From the NCBI GenBank assembly GCA_965655095.1, contig OZ296648.1, positions 12,834,001 through 12,898,000 on the forward strand: 64,000 nt of DNA, given 5' to 3'. The translations under genes were made by a program, and so were the position numbers. Below are positions 36,066 to 49,000 of this stretch, one piece after another. The notes below the pieces were generated by a model that was not told where the DNA came from, did no database searches, and saw only the letters and a program-made list of their open reading frames with translations. Numbering within the stretch: position 1 is the first letter of the stretch; each line of letters starts with the position of its first letter. This DNA is from Haplodiscus bocki (taxonomy: Eukaryota).

Positions 36066-36965
36066 ATTGTTTTTTATTTTGTCTATCATGTCCTAGCATA
36101 AAAACGCCTCACTTAAAAAAGATTGTAGGGAATGGTCAGTTTTTGTTTCTCTCCTCAACAATGGAGTCTGAATAATTGTCGGTTTTGTTAATGTTCTGGG
36201 CCTGTCCTTGGCTGAGTTAGTTATCTCATTTGCACAACCAAATGACATTTACAGGACTCGTTGTGGTTCAAAAGTTGGTAAGTTTGTAATGGTTCTATTT
36301 GAAAAGTTACTAAGGTACTAGGATAGTTTTTTTAAATGTTTATAAGACTTTAAATACCATTTTTTCAGTTCCAATTCAATGCTAGTTGTTTACACGTGTT
36401 CAAATTTTTCTGCAAAGAAAGATCTACTGGTTTGTGTTCATTTTTCTTTTTGGAGAGAACGCAAGTTTTTGCTTCCTTTGTTTTTTCCTCAAAAGTTTTT
36501 TTAAGCGACGCTCGGCTCTCCACTCCTTTGTTTCTTTGATTAAAATAGACACATCTTTGAACATTATCAATCATTCTTCCTCTCTTGACAAAGACCTTAT
36601 CAGTGTACCGGTACTTGAAAACTATTCTTAGGCAATCCTTGTTTTGGTAGTTAAAGCAGAGTATGTCCAAAAACTGAAGAAATTCTTTAATCCTTCCTTT
36701 TGGCATAATGTGATAACTGCAAGTGGATAGGAAGCAATGTTGTCAAGTTAGCCGTTGTCAAGCGCAATATAACTGTCTTTACTTACGCTATGTTTTTTAT
36801 GAGTTTGCAGAAACCAAAACACTGTTTTTGTTATATTTCTCATTAAAACTGGGTAGCGGTTGTAACATTGCAATTGCCATATGAATTTTGAGACTTTTAT
36901 GAAGAAACGATTATGAAAAACAAAAAAAGAATAATTTTTGTACAAGTTTGTAGAAAATGGTATTA

Positions 36966-37076
36966 TCACGTGACATTGACCAAAAAAGGAGGAATTTCTT
37001 CATTTGGAATTATCACGTGAGAATGACCAAGAAAGGAAACATCATGTGACCGTGACCAGAAGAGAAGCGTATTAAA
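36966..37076 (+). promoter_or_regulatory. Three TCA(C/T)GTGA-n3-TGACCA motifs followed by TATTAAA; putative Polinton promoter
   Basis: Copies at 36966, 37013 and 37042, with a TATA-like sequence at 37070, ~100 bp upstream of the first + strand gene and at the strand switch. Confidence 0.55.
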
Positions 37077-37176
37077 GCGACAACTTGCAGCGCTAAAGTC
37101 ATTCCTTAACATCCTTCTCAAAACTAAATCACTTTTTTATAAAACTACCGGCGTTTTATCTCAACGACGAAACCTG

Positions 37177-37753
37177 ACAGCTTACAACATTACTGCTTCC
37201 TTGGATAAACTCGCATGTTCCGACTATGTGGACTTTGGAAAACTCCTAGACAAATTTGATTGATTTTGTTGATCCAGAATTGATTCCTATTACCTGGATG
37301 AAAAACTCAAAAAGTTCGAGAAAGGTGACAACAGATTTTCGCCTGCGACAAAGTGTCACAAATGAAAAGAAAAACTTAAATCAATTCACGCGTTTGAAGA
37401 ACCAGCTGGTAATTGCAGCAAAACATTTCGGTACGGAGGAAAATATGTCCCTAGTGCTGATACCAACAATGTCCAAAGACACGGATGAACAACTCAAACT
37501 ATGTCACAAGAAAATTCACGTCTTGGACCCCCTCAACAGGAACATTTGTGTGACTCTGCTGTGGTACACTGTAGTCAAACCAATGAATTGAAGTGGTAAA
37601 GTCCAAAATTTTGCAAGGAACAAAGAGCACGAGAAGTTTCAACGAATTGTCTATGTGAAAAATATACTTGAAGAATTTGTCTTTCTATTCGATGTAGTGA
37701 ATTCTGTATGTGATAAAAATATTACTAACAAACCCATTTGTATTGTTCTATAA
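37177..37753 (+). pseudogene. Polinton accessory gene, possibly tandem PC4-like ssDNA-binding domains
   Basis: AYNITASLDKLACSDYVDFGK...NQFTRLKNQLVIAA...NRNICVTLL with frameshifts. The fold assignment is from recall only. Confidence 0.45.
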
Positions 37754-38644
37754 GTAATTGCAATTATTTAGTCTTTATCTTTTTTCATTACATTCGAAAC
37801 AGAGTGGGTTGAAAAGTTGGAGGTATTAGAAATTTCTTCCACAAGAAGAGAACAAAATTGGGACTATATCATATTGTACCTACATCTCCAGAAACTTTTC
37901 CACAAAAACTCAGTCCAACTGTAGTTCAAATGCCACAACTACCAGACATTGAAAAGACTGCTCTTAAAGAACTGTTTTGCCTAAATGCGACAATTGATAA
38001 TGGTAGGAGAAAAATTTGTGTAAAAGTCAAGAGTGATACATAAAAGTTGAATGTTGTCGTGTACCGTCATTGAAACAATTTTAACCTCGAAGATGACGAG
38101 GTTGATTTGCAATTGACAAATTACCAGACGCTTTTAACCAAACAAGTGTATCTTCTGAGTTACATTGAAAAACGTTTCTGTCACAGAATTGTGCTGGATG
38201 ATACAACTGTTCATAATTGGAGAAACTTTCCATCGAAAATCGATGTTAGCTTTCTGTTGAACTTTTTCTGTTAAAACTTGGGACAGAAATGTCGTTCAAT
38301 CACAGTGGTTGAAACGAGACCCTTTTTTAGTGCTTGCCGCTCTCAGGTTAATCGACTTTCTTTACGTGAGATGTACCAACGAAGTAACTCGGCTGGAATC
38401 CTTGGTTTTGTGGACACATATTTGGAGTTGAAATTTTGTCATTCCGGAGTAATTAGACTACCTGTAATACTAGTTGATGCTGTTGCAGCAGTGCGGTCAC
38501 AGAGTGGTAAAGGTCCTGGTTACTGATGTATGTTTGGACGAAAACAAGAAAATTGCGTGCTTGGTCACGTGAATGGACTACTCTTTTGCCTTTATGCAAC
38601 CGTTTTTCACCCTTCCATTTTCAGTCTGTCGATTCTGAAGCAGT

Positions 38645-39120
38645 ATACTTTGCCTTGTAATAGATATCGAGCTGGCAGATTTTAACGTCAATATGGAGTT
38701 CTTAAAGATGTGAATTTTTTGTGAGTTTCATTTTGTCCTCCACAAAACCAAAAAACCCACAAAGGAAACAACTCATTGTACAGGAGATTTGCAAGAAAGT
38801 GTGTCTAATACTGGATATTTGGATAAAAAAAGAACTTGCAATCTTTGTTCCTAAAGATATAAAAGTTGAATTAGAAATATCTGCAAAAGGGACATTCAAA
38901 TGCGAATTTTTTGTTTTTCAATGGCTGAAGACAGAAAATTTGGATGATAATGGCTGTCCTGAAGGTCATGATCTTGTTCATCCCAAAGCAGAAGAAGTAT
39001 TGTGAATTTGCTCAAGCTAAATATACAGGCACAACACTACATTTCGCTGTGCTCAAGCAAATCAAAATTGCTTGCTAACCGGATGCTGCAGCTTTTGGAA
39101 TTGTATAATTTGTTTTGTGA
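38645..39120 (+). pseudogene. Polinton accessory gene, DEDD-like 3'-5' exonuclease remnant
   Basis: VIDIELADF at the N-terminus, AKG, ENLDDNGCP and a C-terminal ICSS...RH..FRCA segment. Confidence 0.5.
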
Positions 39121-39466
39121 AATGTATTGTCAGTACCTACGTAATTACAACTTTTGAAACAATTCATTTTTTTACAGGGTTCAATTTCGAGTAATCGAGC
39201 GTATAAGCTAGATGACTGATCAAGTAGATATTAACAAATCTGAGCAAAATTTGTCTTTGAAGACAACAATCAAAAGAGACAGTCGTGGTCTTGTTTGGGA
39301 CAAACCTGTTACAGATCTCTGATCGTCTTTCTGTGCCAAATTCTTGTCATTTAATTGATGATCTTTAGTTGTTTTTGAGAATTCTTTCAAAAATTTGTGA
39401 TGAATCAACTGTTTGAAAGTATGTCCTTTGTAGTGCAACGGAATACATTCTATCCCCACCAACAAA

Positions 39467-40110
39467 TTTAACAGGTTAATTTCTACGAAAAATTGTGTCC
39501 TAACATATTCGGTCGCTTTGTCCGAGAGGGGCAAATCACAACTTATTCACAATTGGCTCACAATTGGAACGTTTCAAATAAATTTTGACAAAATTCACGT
39601 TTTTTAACAACACTCGCAACTAATTTACGATGTTATGCGATGAGAATTTGGTATTCTTGAGTTTTTTTTCGTGCACACTTCCATTTTGTTCCGACCATTG
39701 TTCATTCTAAACCAATCCGTGATGTGATGCATTTCAGTACGCTTAGTGCACAATTGGGAGTCAGATCACAGCTAATTGACTGGTACTGAGACGCAAACTT
39801 TGTTCCCAACGCTCAAATTTTGATTGATTTGTTGCGACGAACGGACAATCAGTTATGTTATTAAACAAGCACTGGATTCATTCCCTTAGAAAACTTTTTT
39901 CCCGACGGGTTGAAACATATGAAACATTTGGACGATGAACACACAAAATTTCTTTTGTCCTCAACTGTTGCAACCAATTTTCTACATATGCAAAAGTCTT
40001 TTCCTTCAGTCTTGCTCAAAAGCGCTCATCAGGACACTCTGTGATTGTTAAGAAAATCTGCTCAAACGCAATCTGCAAAGCATAAAGCGACAACACGTGA
40101 CAAATTTTCA
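39467..40110 (+). pseudogene. A32/FtsK-like genome-packaging ATPase (internally deleted)
   Basis: Degenerate Walker A LSERGKSQLI, FDKIHVF, then RDVMH..LSAQLG..LIDWY.DA...LIDL. The Walker B region appears deleted near 39690. Confidence 0.8.
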
Positions 40111-40635
40111 GTACCAGTTCTGATTGTTTTCTGTACAAGGACACTCTGAAGCAGAAAAGGGACGTTTTGGAGTCCGAAAAGAGTCTTTAACTCATTAAGG
40201 TCATTACTACCCCCGTCAATAACGCTTCTTCGTGAAAAGGAGCTGTGTACTCGTCCCTGTTACCGTGTAGCATAACAAGGGATTGATTACCCTGGCAATT
40301 AGAACAAAGGTGTTTCCGAAGTATCAAGCCAAACAGAATCCCACGCACCAAATTAACTCGCTTGAAAAGGAAACAAACAAAAAGTTGTTTGCCAGAGAAG
40401 ACTTTTGAGTGGATCGAATTGTGTCCTGTCCTCGCGTCAATCTCTCAAAAATGCAACCCTTGACATTAGTTGGTGTAGAAACTGGAGCTCTACTGTAACA
40501 CATTGTTCAACAATGGCTCGTGAAAACGCAGAGAAACCAGAAGTTTACTCTAAGTCAGTTCACGCTGCTTGTATAAATGGGTCTGTTGTTCTGAATCAAA
40601 AAACCAAAGCCAAAGTTAGAAAAAGTTTTCCAAAA

Positions 40636-41510
40636 ATTGAACGTGAGAAGCTGCAAAAAGTTTACACCCAATGTGGTGCTGCTTATGGCCCTATGCGCAA
40701 GGTAGTGAGAGCTTGCATTTCGTTAGATTTCGAAGTGAGCTAAATTTTGCATCCAAACTTTTTTTTGGCAAGTTTACTATGGCCCCGTGTAATTTCACAA
40801 AAGGAGGGCTTTTGCTAGACTCCAAAACTGAATTTGGTGTATGGATTGGGCCTATTTGGATAAACAAGCTAAAAACAATGACATTGCAAAATATCTACTA
40901 TTTCGTCAAGACTAGTTTTATGGAACCGTGGATGCAAAAAGAATTGAGAAAAAAAAAGATTCCAAAGAAACGAATTGTGCGTTTTTAACTATGATTACGA
41001 AAAAAACTTCACACAAGAAAGAAGATTTGCTGTAGAGTTTTTAAGATTTTGTAAAACTCAATGTATACAATTCTACCCCTAAAAAAAGATGTTAAGGTTG
41101 GGGTCGCTGAACGTACAAGAGGAACGTTGAATAGTATTCTTTACCGTCACATGGGAAACTATAGATGAAGGTACATTCGCAAATTGTCCTTTTTTCGTCA
41201 CATCCCTGAAATCCAGAAACAAATGTTCGTCAAACAAGATATCACTTGTCGAGTATTCCGACGTTTTGTCCATTCTGTGCAGCAAACTACTACCATAAGA
41301 TAGAAAACCGAATTTCAAAATTGGAGGCAGAGTTTGTTTCTCGAGGAATAACTGACGCTTCAGGAAGTGTTATGGACCACAGTTTATTCAAGAGGTCTGT
41401 GAAGTTGTTTCTATTTCTTCCATAGAGCCCCAAAACACAAAATAAAAGATGACCAGATTGAAATTATCTGTAGTAAGTTTTACAAAAAAAATTGATCAAA
41501 ATAAATTATT
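40636..41510 (+). pseudogene. Retroviral-like (rve) Polinton integrase
   Basis: KLQKVYTQCGAAYG, WCMDWAYLDK...KYLLFRQD, AERTRGTLNSILYRHM and FKIGGRV. Confidence 0.85.
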
Positions 41511-41511
41511 C

Positions 41512-42300
41512 TTGGATTTGTTCACAACAGATTGGTCTCAAATGCATCTCCACGACATCTTTCGAACAAAGCATTTAGCTCGCTTACAAACTTTTTGCCG
41601 GAGCAACTGAATCTGGAGAGCCAATGGGAGGTTGCTAGTTCACGAGTATCCTACGTTTCGATGTACCAAAATACTACAGAGAAGTTCATGTTTCTTCATG
41701 AAAAAGCTTCGAAGTTCTTAGTTTTTTTGAAAATCTGAAACACGGTCTTTGTTCTCCCATTACAGATATTGTTGAAGCTTTGAACACTCTCAATCATGAG
41801 ATACACAAGCACAACGAAAACTGTATTACAGTTAAAATGTATCAAAAGACGCAAGACTTTGAGGTTTACCTTGTGAATGAAGGATCTGGTCGTGCATTTT
41901 TTAGAATGGACTTGGGACACATATCCTGAAGTAAAGTTGGCAATGAGAATGGAAACATTTTGAGAAGAAAAAGACCTCAAAAAGCAATTTTTGCTCAAAA
42001 TTCTGTCCCCATAACGTCCTCAAGGTATAAACAGACCTGATTTAAAGCAATGATGTAGGCGACGCAAAAGTGCCTTTGCTGCGTTGCTTCCTTTTTATTT
42101 CTAAACTAAAAGCTGGAGACATTTCAATTACTGCACACTACTTGAACTATCAGATATCAAACAACCTGTAACTCAGACCTCTGCACAATATTTCTTTTTA
42201 TGGTATTCATAGACACAAGTGGTGAAAAGAAACCTTTTGCATCTGTTGGCATCACTAGTCTTTGTTTGATGTTGGAAAAAGTTTGCGACCTTGATTTTTA
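41512..42300 (+). pseudogene. Minor capsid (penton-like) protein
   Basis: LVSNAS...SSLTNFLPEQLNLESQWEVA..VSY.SMYQN N-terminus and VGDAKVPLLRCF C-terminal part, as typical of Polinton PX/penton. Confidence 0.75.
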
Positions 42301-42310
42301 AAGTAAGAGA

Positions 42311-42660
42311 ATGTTCAACATACTTCCTCGAAGATTAGTGGAGTTTCCACACTATGGATGTCCACACCAGGGTAACAGAATCGGTGCCCTAGCACAACAT
42401 ATGGGGAGAACAGAAATTCCATTTGTGCGAATGTGTCCTCTCGGTTGCAAAATATCTCGTTGCGGACGTGTTGGAAAATGTTGCCCCGGAAGTCGTAACG
42501 AGTGTTTGTAAAAATTTTCAAGAAGGCTGCAAATAGTTTGGGTGAGCAAACCATGCGAAAATTGCGTTGTAGTAATAAGATAAAGGTAGCTGCGGCAGAA
42601 TCTCTCAAACAAACCAGTCGGTCACGGCGAGCCATAGGTACGAATTTTTCTTGCTGATCA
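42311..42660 (+). pseudogene. Basic core-like protein (G-x-G protease-site family), copy 1
   Basis: HQGNRIGALAQHMGRTEIPF, positioned between penton and MCP. Confidence 0.55.
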
Positions 42661-42779
42661 TGTGATCTCAAAGTAAATTTTTCTATAAATTTTTTGTGGT
42701 TGTTTCCAGAAATTTCGCAGGGAAAGCGTCAGTGGCTTACAACATCATGTTGTGCCTCGAACTTCACATGAAAACTGTT

Positions 42780-43680
42780 CCATTACGTCCGTCAAAAGGA
42801 ACTGCTGAGCACTTGAGTTTTTCAAATGGAAGGGAACTACTAAGTCATTCTGAAACAGTTTTTTTGACTTTTGTTTTTGAAATTTATCAAAAGTTGATAT
42901 CACTGTACTCTCACAATGGGAAATTTGAAAAAGGCATAAAAAACTCAAGAGAGGCTACAGCAGATGAAATTTGGTTGTTGCTTACGTCATTGACCGCAAA
43001 CACTCTCTCTGAACATACACAGACGTGTTTAAGTACGACATTGTTATCGATCCAGAGAATTCTTTGCAGAGCCTCTTTTCGTTTTTTTTCGTAGCTACAA
43101 TTTGGAGAAACTAGTATTACTGGACAGTCCATAAACTATCGGACATATAATAACATACAAGTTTCTATCAGACCGCTGCTCCAAACATTTTTTCTTAGTT
43201 TGAGCATTGATTTGCAGGGACACGGGTGGTGAAAAACATGCCTTTTGTATCTGTCATTAACGCTCGTTTTTTATATTGAGGAAAGTCCCACCATTCGATT
43301 CAAAAAGACGGTAAAAAATGGTTTTTTCAAGACAAATAGAGATTCGAATCTACAGAAGTCTTGGTCGACAGCATGGGAGGGGATTCCGTGCACTTGCACA
43401 TGTTATTGGGAGAACGACGGCTCCATTTTTCAGTAAAGGTGTTGCCTTAGCTGTAAAACGTGTTATTTTTGACTTGTTAGGATTTTCTTTGCCAGAAAAT
43501 GCAAAGTTTGATAGCGGTGGAAAAAAATTAGGTTAGCTGCCAAGAGAGTGGGAAGGCAAACTCCGAGAATGCAGTTGGGTCGTCGTAGCCAGAAAAAGAC
43601 TGCCAGCAGAGGCATTCCAAAAAATCTACAAAACAAACCAGTCGGTCGCGCAGGGACATTCTAACGAACATTTATCACTG
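42780..43680 (+). pseudogene. Second, diverged copy of penton C-terminus plus core-like protein
   Basis: 42960-43310 is homologous to 41980-42300; RQHGRGFRALAHVIGRTTAPF at 43318-43536. Confidence 0.7.
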
Positions 43681-43709
43681 ATCATGTTCAATACTTTTTG
43701 GTATCAAAT

Positions 43710-45011
43710 TTTGTGGCACTTTCTGCGAGCCTTTGAGGGAAAGTCTCAGTAGTTGGCGATGTCCTGTCGTCCCACGAACAAAAAACTAGTCCTAATACCT
43801 CACTCGATGGAAACTCCGTAGAATCCGATCGTAACGCTTACCTTGATTTGCGACAAACTTATTTGGGTTTGAAAATGAATTTCGCCAGGGTTTGTGGTCA
43901 TAAATTTTGCTAAACCGAAAAAGAAAACCATAAGACAGAATCAAAAGAGATTGCAGAAGCAGGAGAAACAAAACAGGAGGTAGAAAACGCAACAATTCTT
44001 CCGATTATTCAAGTTATATAAGTTTTGCATTCATTTTTTCTTTTGTTGAGGTGTACATCAACATAAAGCAATTATACAACTCTAATGGGTTGGACTCGCA
44101 CAAATGCTAAGTTTCCAACATTTTCGATGGAACCGTTACCGAAAGAAAGGAGTTTCGACTGCGAAGAATATGACTATGAAGAATATCCTGATGAGATTTT
44201 TAAAGCACCCTTGTCTGAACATTTTTCAATAAGGAAAATGAGAATACTTGGTGGACCCGATGGATTCATGTTGAACGGTAAATTGGGGGTTGAATTTTTT
44301 CCTTTTTCAAAAGGCCAAATATAATCAAAAAACAAGCTACGACAAATCAGAGCCAGAGTTAATTTCCATATTCATTAGCGGCAACCACGACGTTGGTTTT
44401 GCAATTGCTTGCCTAACACTCGTCGCTTTGACCTCAAGAATGACTATCACAAGAGAAGAATGGACATGCCTGCATACACCCGCGAGGAATACAATTTCAT
44501 GGAGACTTTGGAAAAGACCTTTAACATCACTGCCAGACAAAACCAGTTTATTCAAGAAAACAATTTCAACAAAGCTCCAATTCGTCGCATTGCCATTGCA
44601 AGGAATACAAACTCTGCAACTATTGTATCATACATTGAAAAACCACTCTGATATCAGCAGTTTGATCCAAGACAAAAAGTAATACCCTAAGATGGACAGC
44701 ATATTCTACAAATTGAACCTGTTTAAAAATGTCGCCTATATGTTACGCCAATGAATACAATGAACTTTCTAGATGATATCCGCTCAATTTTGATTGGTAA
44801 ATTCGAAGATATGTATATACTCTTGTCTGACCAAACCTCAATGCAAAATGCTACGGAAAATTGTCATGAACTGGAACCAGTTTGAAAGCTTTCGAGAATG
44901 GAGCTAAATTTTACTTAAATTCTAAACCGCGCTACTGAAATCCTTGTTTTGGGGTAACAAATGTCTTCGGTTGCAGTTGTCAAGTTCTTTGTTGTTCGAA
45001 AAAAAATCTAG
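43710..45011 (+). pseudogene. Major capsid protein (double jelly-roll, Polinton PY/hexon-like)
   Basis: VEVYINIKQLYNSNG, CEEYDYEEYP, GKLGVEFF, TFNITARQNQFIQENNFNKAPIRRIAIARNTN and ELNFT...VLG..MSSVAV. Confidence 0.82.
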
Positions 45012-45012
45012 A

Positions 45013-45399
45013 ATGGACAACGTTGCTCTTCAGCAATTAATCAAACGTGTTTGTTTCTCAAACATCGGTACATTCAATGCTTTCAAATTATGTTCCAACT
45101 CTACCCGATGAGGCATTTGCCAAAATAAACACGCAACTCATGAGTTTGCAAGGTGAATATTGGATATTAAATGCAAAATCTTGTCGAGACTTGTTTTTTG
45201 AAAACTCTCTTGTAGCTGATAGGTACAGTTTCCTCAGGCAGCTCTACAAAAAGATATTACCGAAACGACTACAGTCCAATCCCAGCTTTTGCGGTTTCTG
45301 CACAATATATGCAGATGTTCATCTCTTCTAGTTCCGGCTACAAAAATTAGTGCAGTTCACGATGTTATCGTACATTCATTAATAAATGCCTATATGTAA
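45013..45399 (+). pseudogene. Adenain-like cysteine protease
   Basis: INTQ...QGEYW (catalytic His of GEHW lost), LFFENSL (FxDSL-like) and LQSNPSFCG. Confidence 0.85.
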
Positions 45400-45554
45400 G
45401 TATTCGCCCTTTTCAAAGTAAATACGCCGGTTATACAAGATCTCTGTTACTGTTGTCTTTTTTATTTTAACTTGCTCAAACTTTAAAATATTCTTCAGAT
45501 GTAGAGTTGCATGAAAGCAAGGACCCGTAGCAAACTATGCAGCCCCTATAATAT

Positions 45555-46049
45555 CGAAAAATTAGGTCAAAACAGTATCGGCAGGCGTAATAAGTCAACG
45601 GAGACGTAATAAAAAACCACAGGCGGAAAAAAACCGCTGACGTAACAATTACTTCGGGAGGGATCCTGGAAACAAGTTCAAAATTCTCTGCTTTTCAAAA
45701 AAGTCTCACAGCTCCAAAAGTGAGGCTTTAAGCCCATTCCCATTCCTAATACTTTACCAAAACCTTTAACTTATACCACCACACTACCGATTACTAATCA
45801 TTTACATGATGCTTTGCCAAACACTCTCGCTTTTTCCCAAAACCGAGAACTTGTAGGCAGCCAATCAAGCGTGAAAAATCCTCAAAATTTGCTAGCCAAA
45901 CAAAATTGACTTGTAATTAGCCGAAAAACATTGGAGAGCTCCAGGCTACAGTGATGCAACTTTGTCGGCTCTCGGTTCAAGTCGGTTTGCTATAGCTTAA
46001 CTCATAATGTAAGGCCTCCAACCCCGCCTGGTCTTCTCACTCGTTTATT
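45555..46049. repeat. Right terminal inverted repeat of Polinton B
   Basis: Inverted homologue of 27960-28370. Confidence 0.85.
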
Positions 46050-49000
46050 CTTGGGTATGTTCTGTGTATAAAAAAATAAGAAAACTGATGTAACATTGCG
46101 GTGACTTGACTCAAGTGGGCGCTTTTAGATTTTTTGGAAACGAATCGATTTTATGTTCCATGGGGTTGATCAAAGGAGTGCAGATCGTGTTTGCCATAAA
46201 TTCAACTTCCTTTTGTCCGAACAATCATTTGTCAACTGGGAGCTTGGGGCTGCTCCATCAGTTCACTGAAAAATGATTTCTTTGATCTGTATCAGTTTCA
46301 GGGTACAGTGTGCTGCAATACTATTGTCGCCGACGTATTGAGCAAATTTGTCGGCTTTGACGATAAGGTCAATGTATTACGTGACGAAATTCAAAAAATT
46401 TGGAAAAGAAAAGTTTAAACCTTGAGCAAGACGTTTGTATGCAATGTCCTAAACCGAAGATGAATGACAGGAACTCGATTGATTGACCGTTTGCCATCTG
46501 AAGACCGCGATAAACCTTTGAGCAATACATCTCACAGAAGTATTTTTCCAGGCCAAATGCTGTGTTGCCTCAACATTGGTTGTTACCGGACGTTTATGTT
46601 CAATATACTCATGTTTAATGAAGTGGTTGTTGCGTCGTAAACCCAATAGCAGACAGAGTTCACCACTGTTGTTTCACTGGCCAAACATGGGGAAGAGTAT
46701 TTGCTGAATAGCTACGTAGCCTTTTAATCATATTTCTGCATTGAGTTTAGTTCGAGTAGTATTTGGTCTTTAAGGTTATTCGGCGTAGTCAATTTCTGTG
46801 CGTGCAAGGGATCGTTGAGTTGGATGATCAATTGAAAAGTAGTCTAACTTTAATCTAAAATGGCCAATGCTGGAGTGCCCACTAGCGCTTCTTTGCTGGT
46901 GATGGTTCATGTTATTTATGCTGTGAATCTCGTTGTGCCAATTTTGGCAAGGTACACACTGGAAACATGACTTTATGGTATGGTGGTAGGAAAACCCTCT
47001 GGGCGGTTCTTAGATTGCACAAGTCACAGCTGTATTTTGCGTTGGCCTTGCGGAGTTGGAGAGACACGTCTAGTGAAGTGTATCAGGTGGATACAGATGT
47101 CCAAGGTAACTGAGTACTGTTTGAGAATTGACATTCCGATAAGAATGTATTCCTTTTCATAGAACCCTGAAGGTTTCCTCAAAATAATGGCTTGGTATGA
47201 AAAACCATGAAAAGGCTTGTTTTGTGACTGGGACTATACTTCTCTCGGCTATTTGGACCTTAAAGTTCGATGCAGGCAATTGTTGTGTAAGAGCTGTAGA
47301 GTTGGTGACGGGAACACAACAAAGTTCCGTTTCACATATGGCGCTTTGGATGGCCGCGCTATTTAGTACTTCTTGAATTTCGTATTGTTCAAACTGTAGA
47401 ACTACATACAACATTCGGTCACGTCTCACGTCTCTTTAATTGAATAGTAGCAGTCAACAGCTTGACCTCAGATGGTTTATGTGTCTCTCGAAACGATGTT
47501 TTCCTTGTCTGTCTTTCAGTCGGTGGGATGCTTCAGGCCACTTTATCCTTTTGTGTTGCTGTTGCTCGACGCTCTTCTGCTCGTTCCTAGTTGCATTCTC
47601 AGTCGCCTTTTACTTCATTGGCGTTCTAAAAAATGACTCAATTGCTGTTGTTCCCGTCGTTTTTTGTACAGGAGCATAGTAAAAAAAGGTAATTGAGGCT
47701 CAATTCAAAGTATAGTGTTTCTTTGAAACTTTCTTGCCTTTAGAAAGCTGCCGACTTTCCAGGGGCTATTTGTTTTCGCTTTTTTTTCTATTTAATGTAG
47801 TCCGAACAATTGGACGGTTACCTGATTTATCTAAAACTTAAGGCTCACATTGTTTATTTTGCTTCGAATGGCGTGACGATTCTCATTTGAAGAATGGGAT
47901 TGAAACGATTCTTCTTCGGAATGGGAAGCGTTGCTGTGGGCTTTGAACTGTTGATTCATCTGGAACTGTCGTTTGTGTGCTTGCTTTTAACCTTTTCTAA
48001 AGCCGCGGTTTTCGTCTGAGTTCTGGCGTTGACACAACGATTTTACGATAAGCACTCGTTTTTGCTACATGCGGGGGCGAAGTGTCTAGTTTAGCCTCAA
48101 ATCTGGCCCAGCGGTACTGGATTTTAGCTTGGTGTAAATTGTGTTGGCTGGGCTTGTGGTCGTTGTTCATTGGACTCCATTTTTTGTGGGTCATTCTGGA
48201 CGAATTTCCACGTCTTTGTTCTGCATTCGACGGTTTTGTGGCTCATCTTGTTACAGTAGAAACTTGTGACAATGAATATGCGTTGCTGTTCGTTGTTATC
48301 TGGGGTGGGCCTGTCATTCTGACTTATGTCCGTTCCAGATTAAAACTCCTAAAAAAATTGTGGCAAATGTGTACCCATCAACTGTTGATACTCGTAATAT
48401 TGTTGAATAAAGTCTCTGTTTTCATCCAGCATCGCATTTTGTTTGCCTGCAACACTGAGGTATTTCTAGATGGCAACCGGTTGCTTGCCGAACAGGAAAG
48501 TTTTGACATTCTCGTTGTTTTTCGAGTAAAATGCCTGATTCGCTGTTCTCTTGAGGTGTTATAAGAACTCAGAAAGTGATTCATGGTGTGGGTAATAAGT
48601 TTGATGGTCCCATTAAACCCTTGATACTCCATTGAAATCATCTCGGATCTACTCTCAGCGAAACATCTAACGGACCTCAAGGAGAGTTGTGTCGGAAGTC
48701 ACCTTGATGGTTTGTCAGAGTTTGATTGCGTCTTCTCTGAGTAGGCTGGTGAAAAACTGGTGCTTCTAATGTACTTTGATCTTATTCTGAAAAAGTTGGA
48801 AAGTCGTATAACTTTCTGAAGGAGGCATTCCAACTCGTTGTGGCATTCTTTTGAACCTTTTAAAAACGGAACATCTGTCTGGATAAATGTACATTTTCGG
48901 TTTGCTGCTCCGTATCATGTTGGGGTTTTCATCAACTGCGTCATGTCGGGCTCATCTTCATTGTCCTTAGGCTGATCGTGGTCAGAGTTTGTGAGATTGT

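Larger units (their letters stand above)
27960..46049. mobile_element. Near full-length, pseudogenised Polinton/Maverick (family B), ~18.1 kb, inserted in the RT of G2
   Basis: Left end AGTAGAAGAGTGAG and right end CTCACTCGTTTATT are inverted homologues. The flanks ATTGGG (27954-27959) and CTTGGG (46050-46055) form a 6-bp TSD with one mismatch. A complete core gene set lies inside. Confidence 0.88.
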
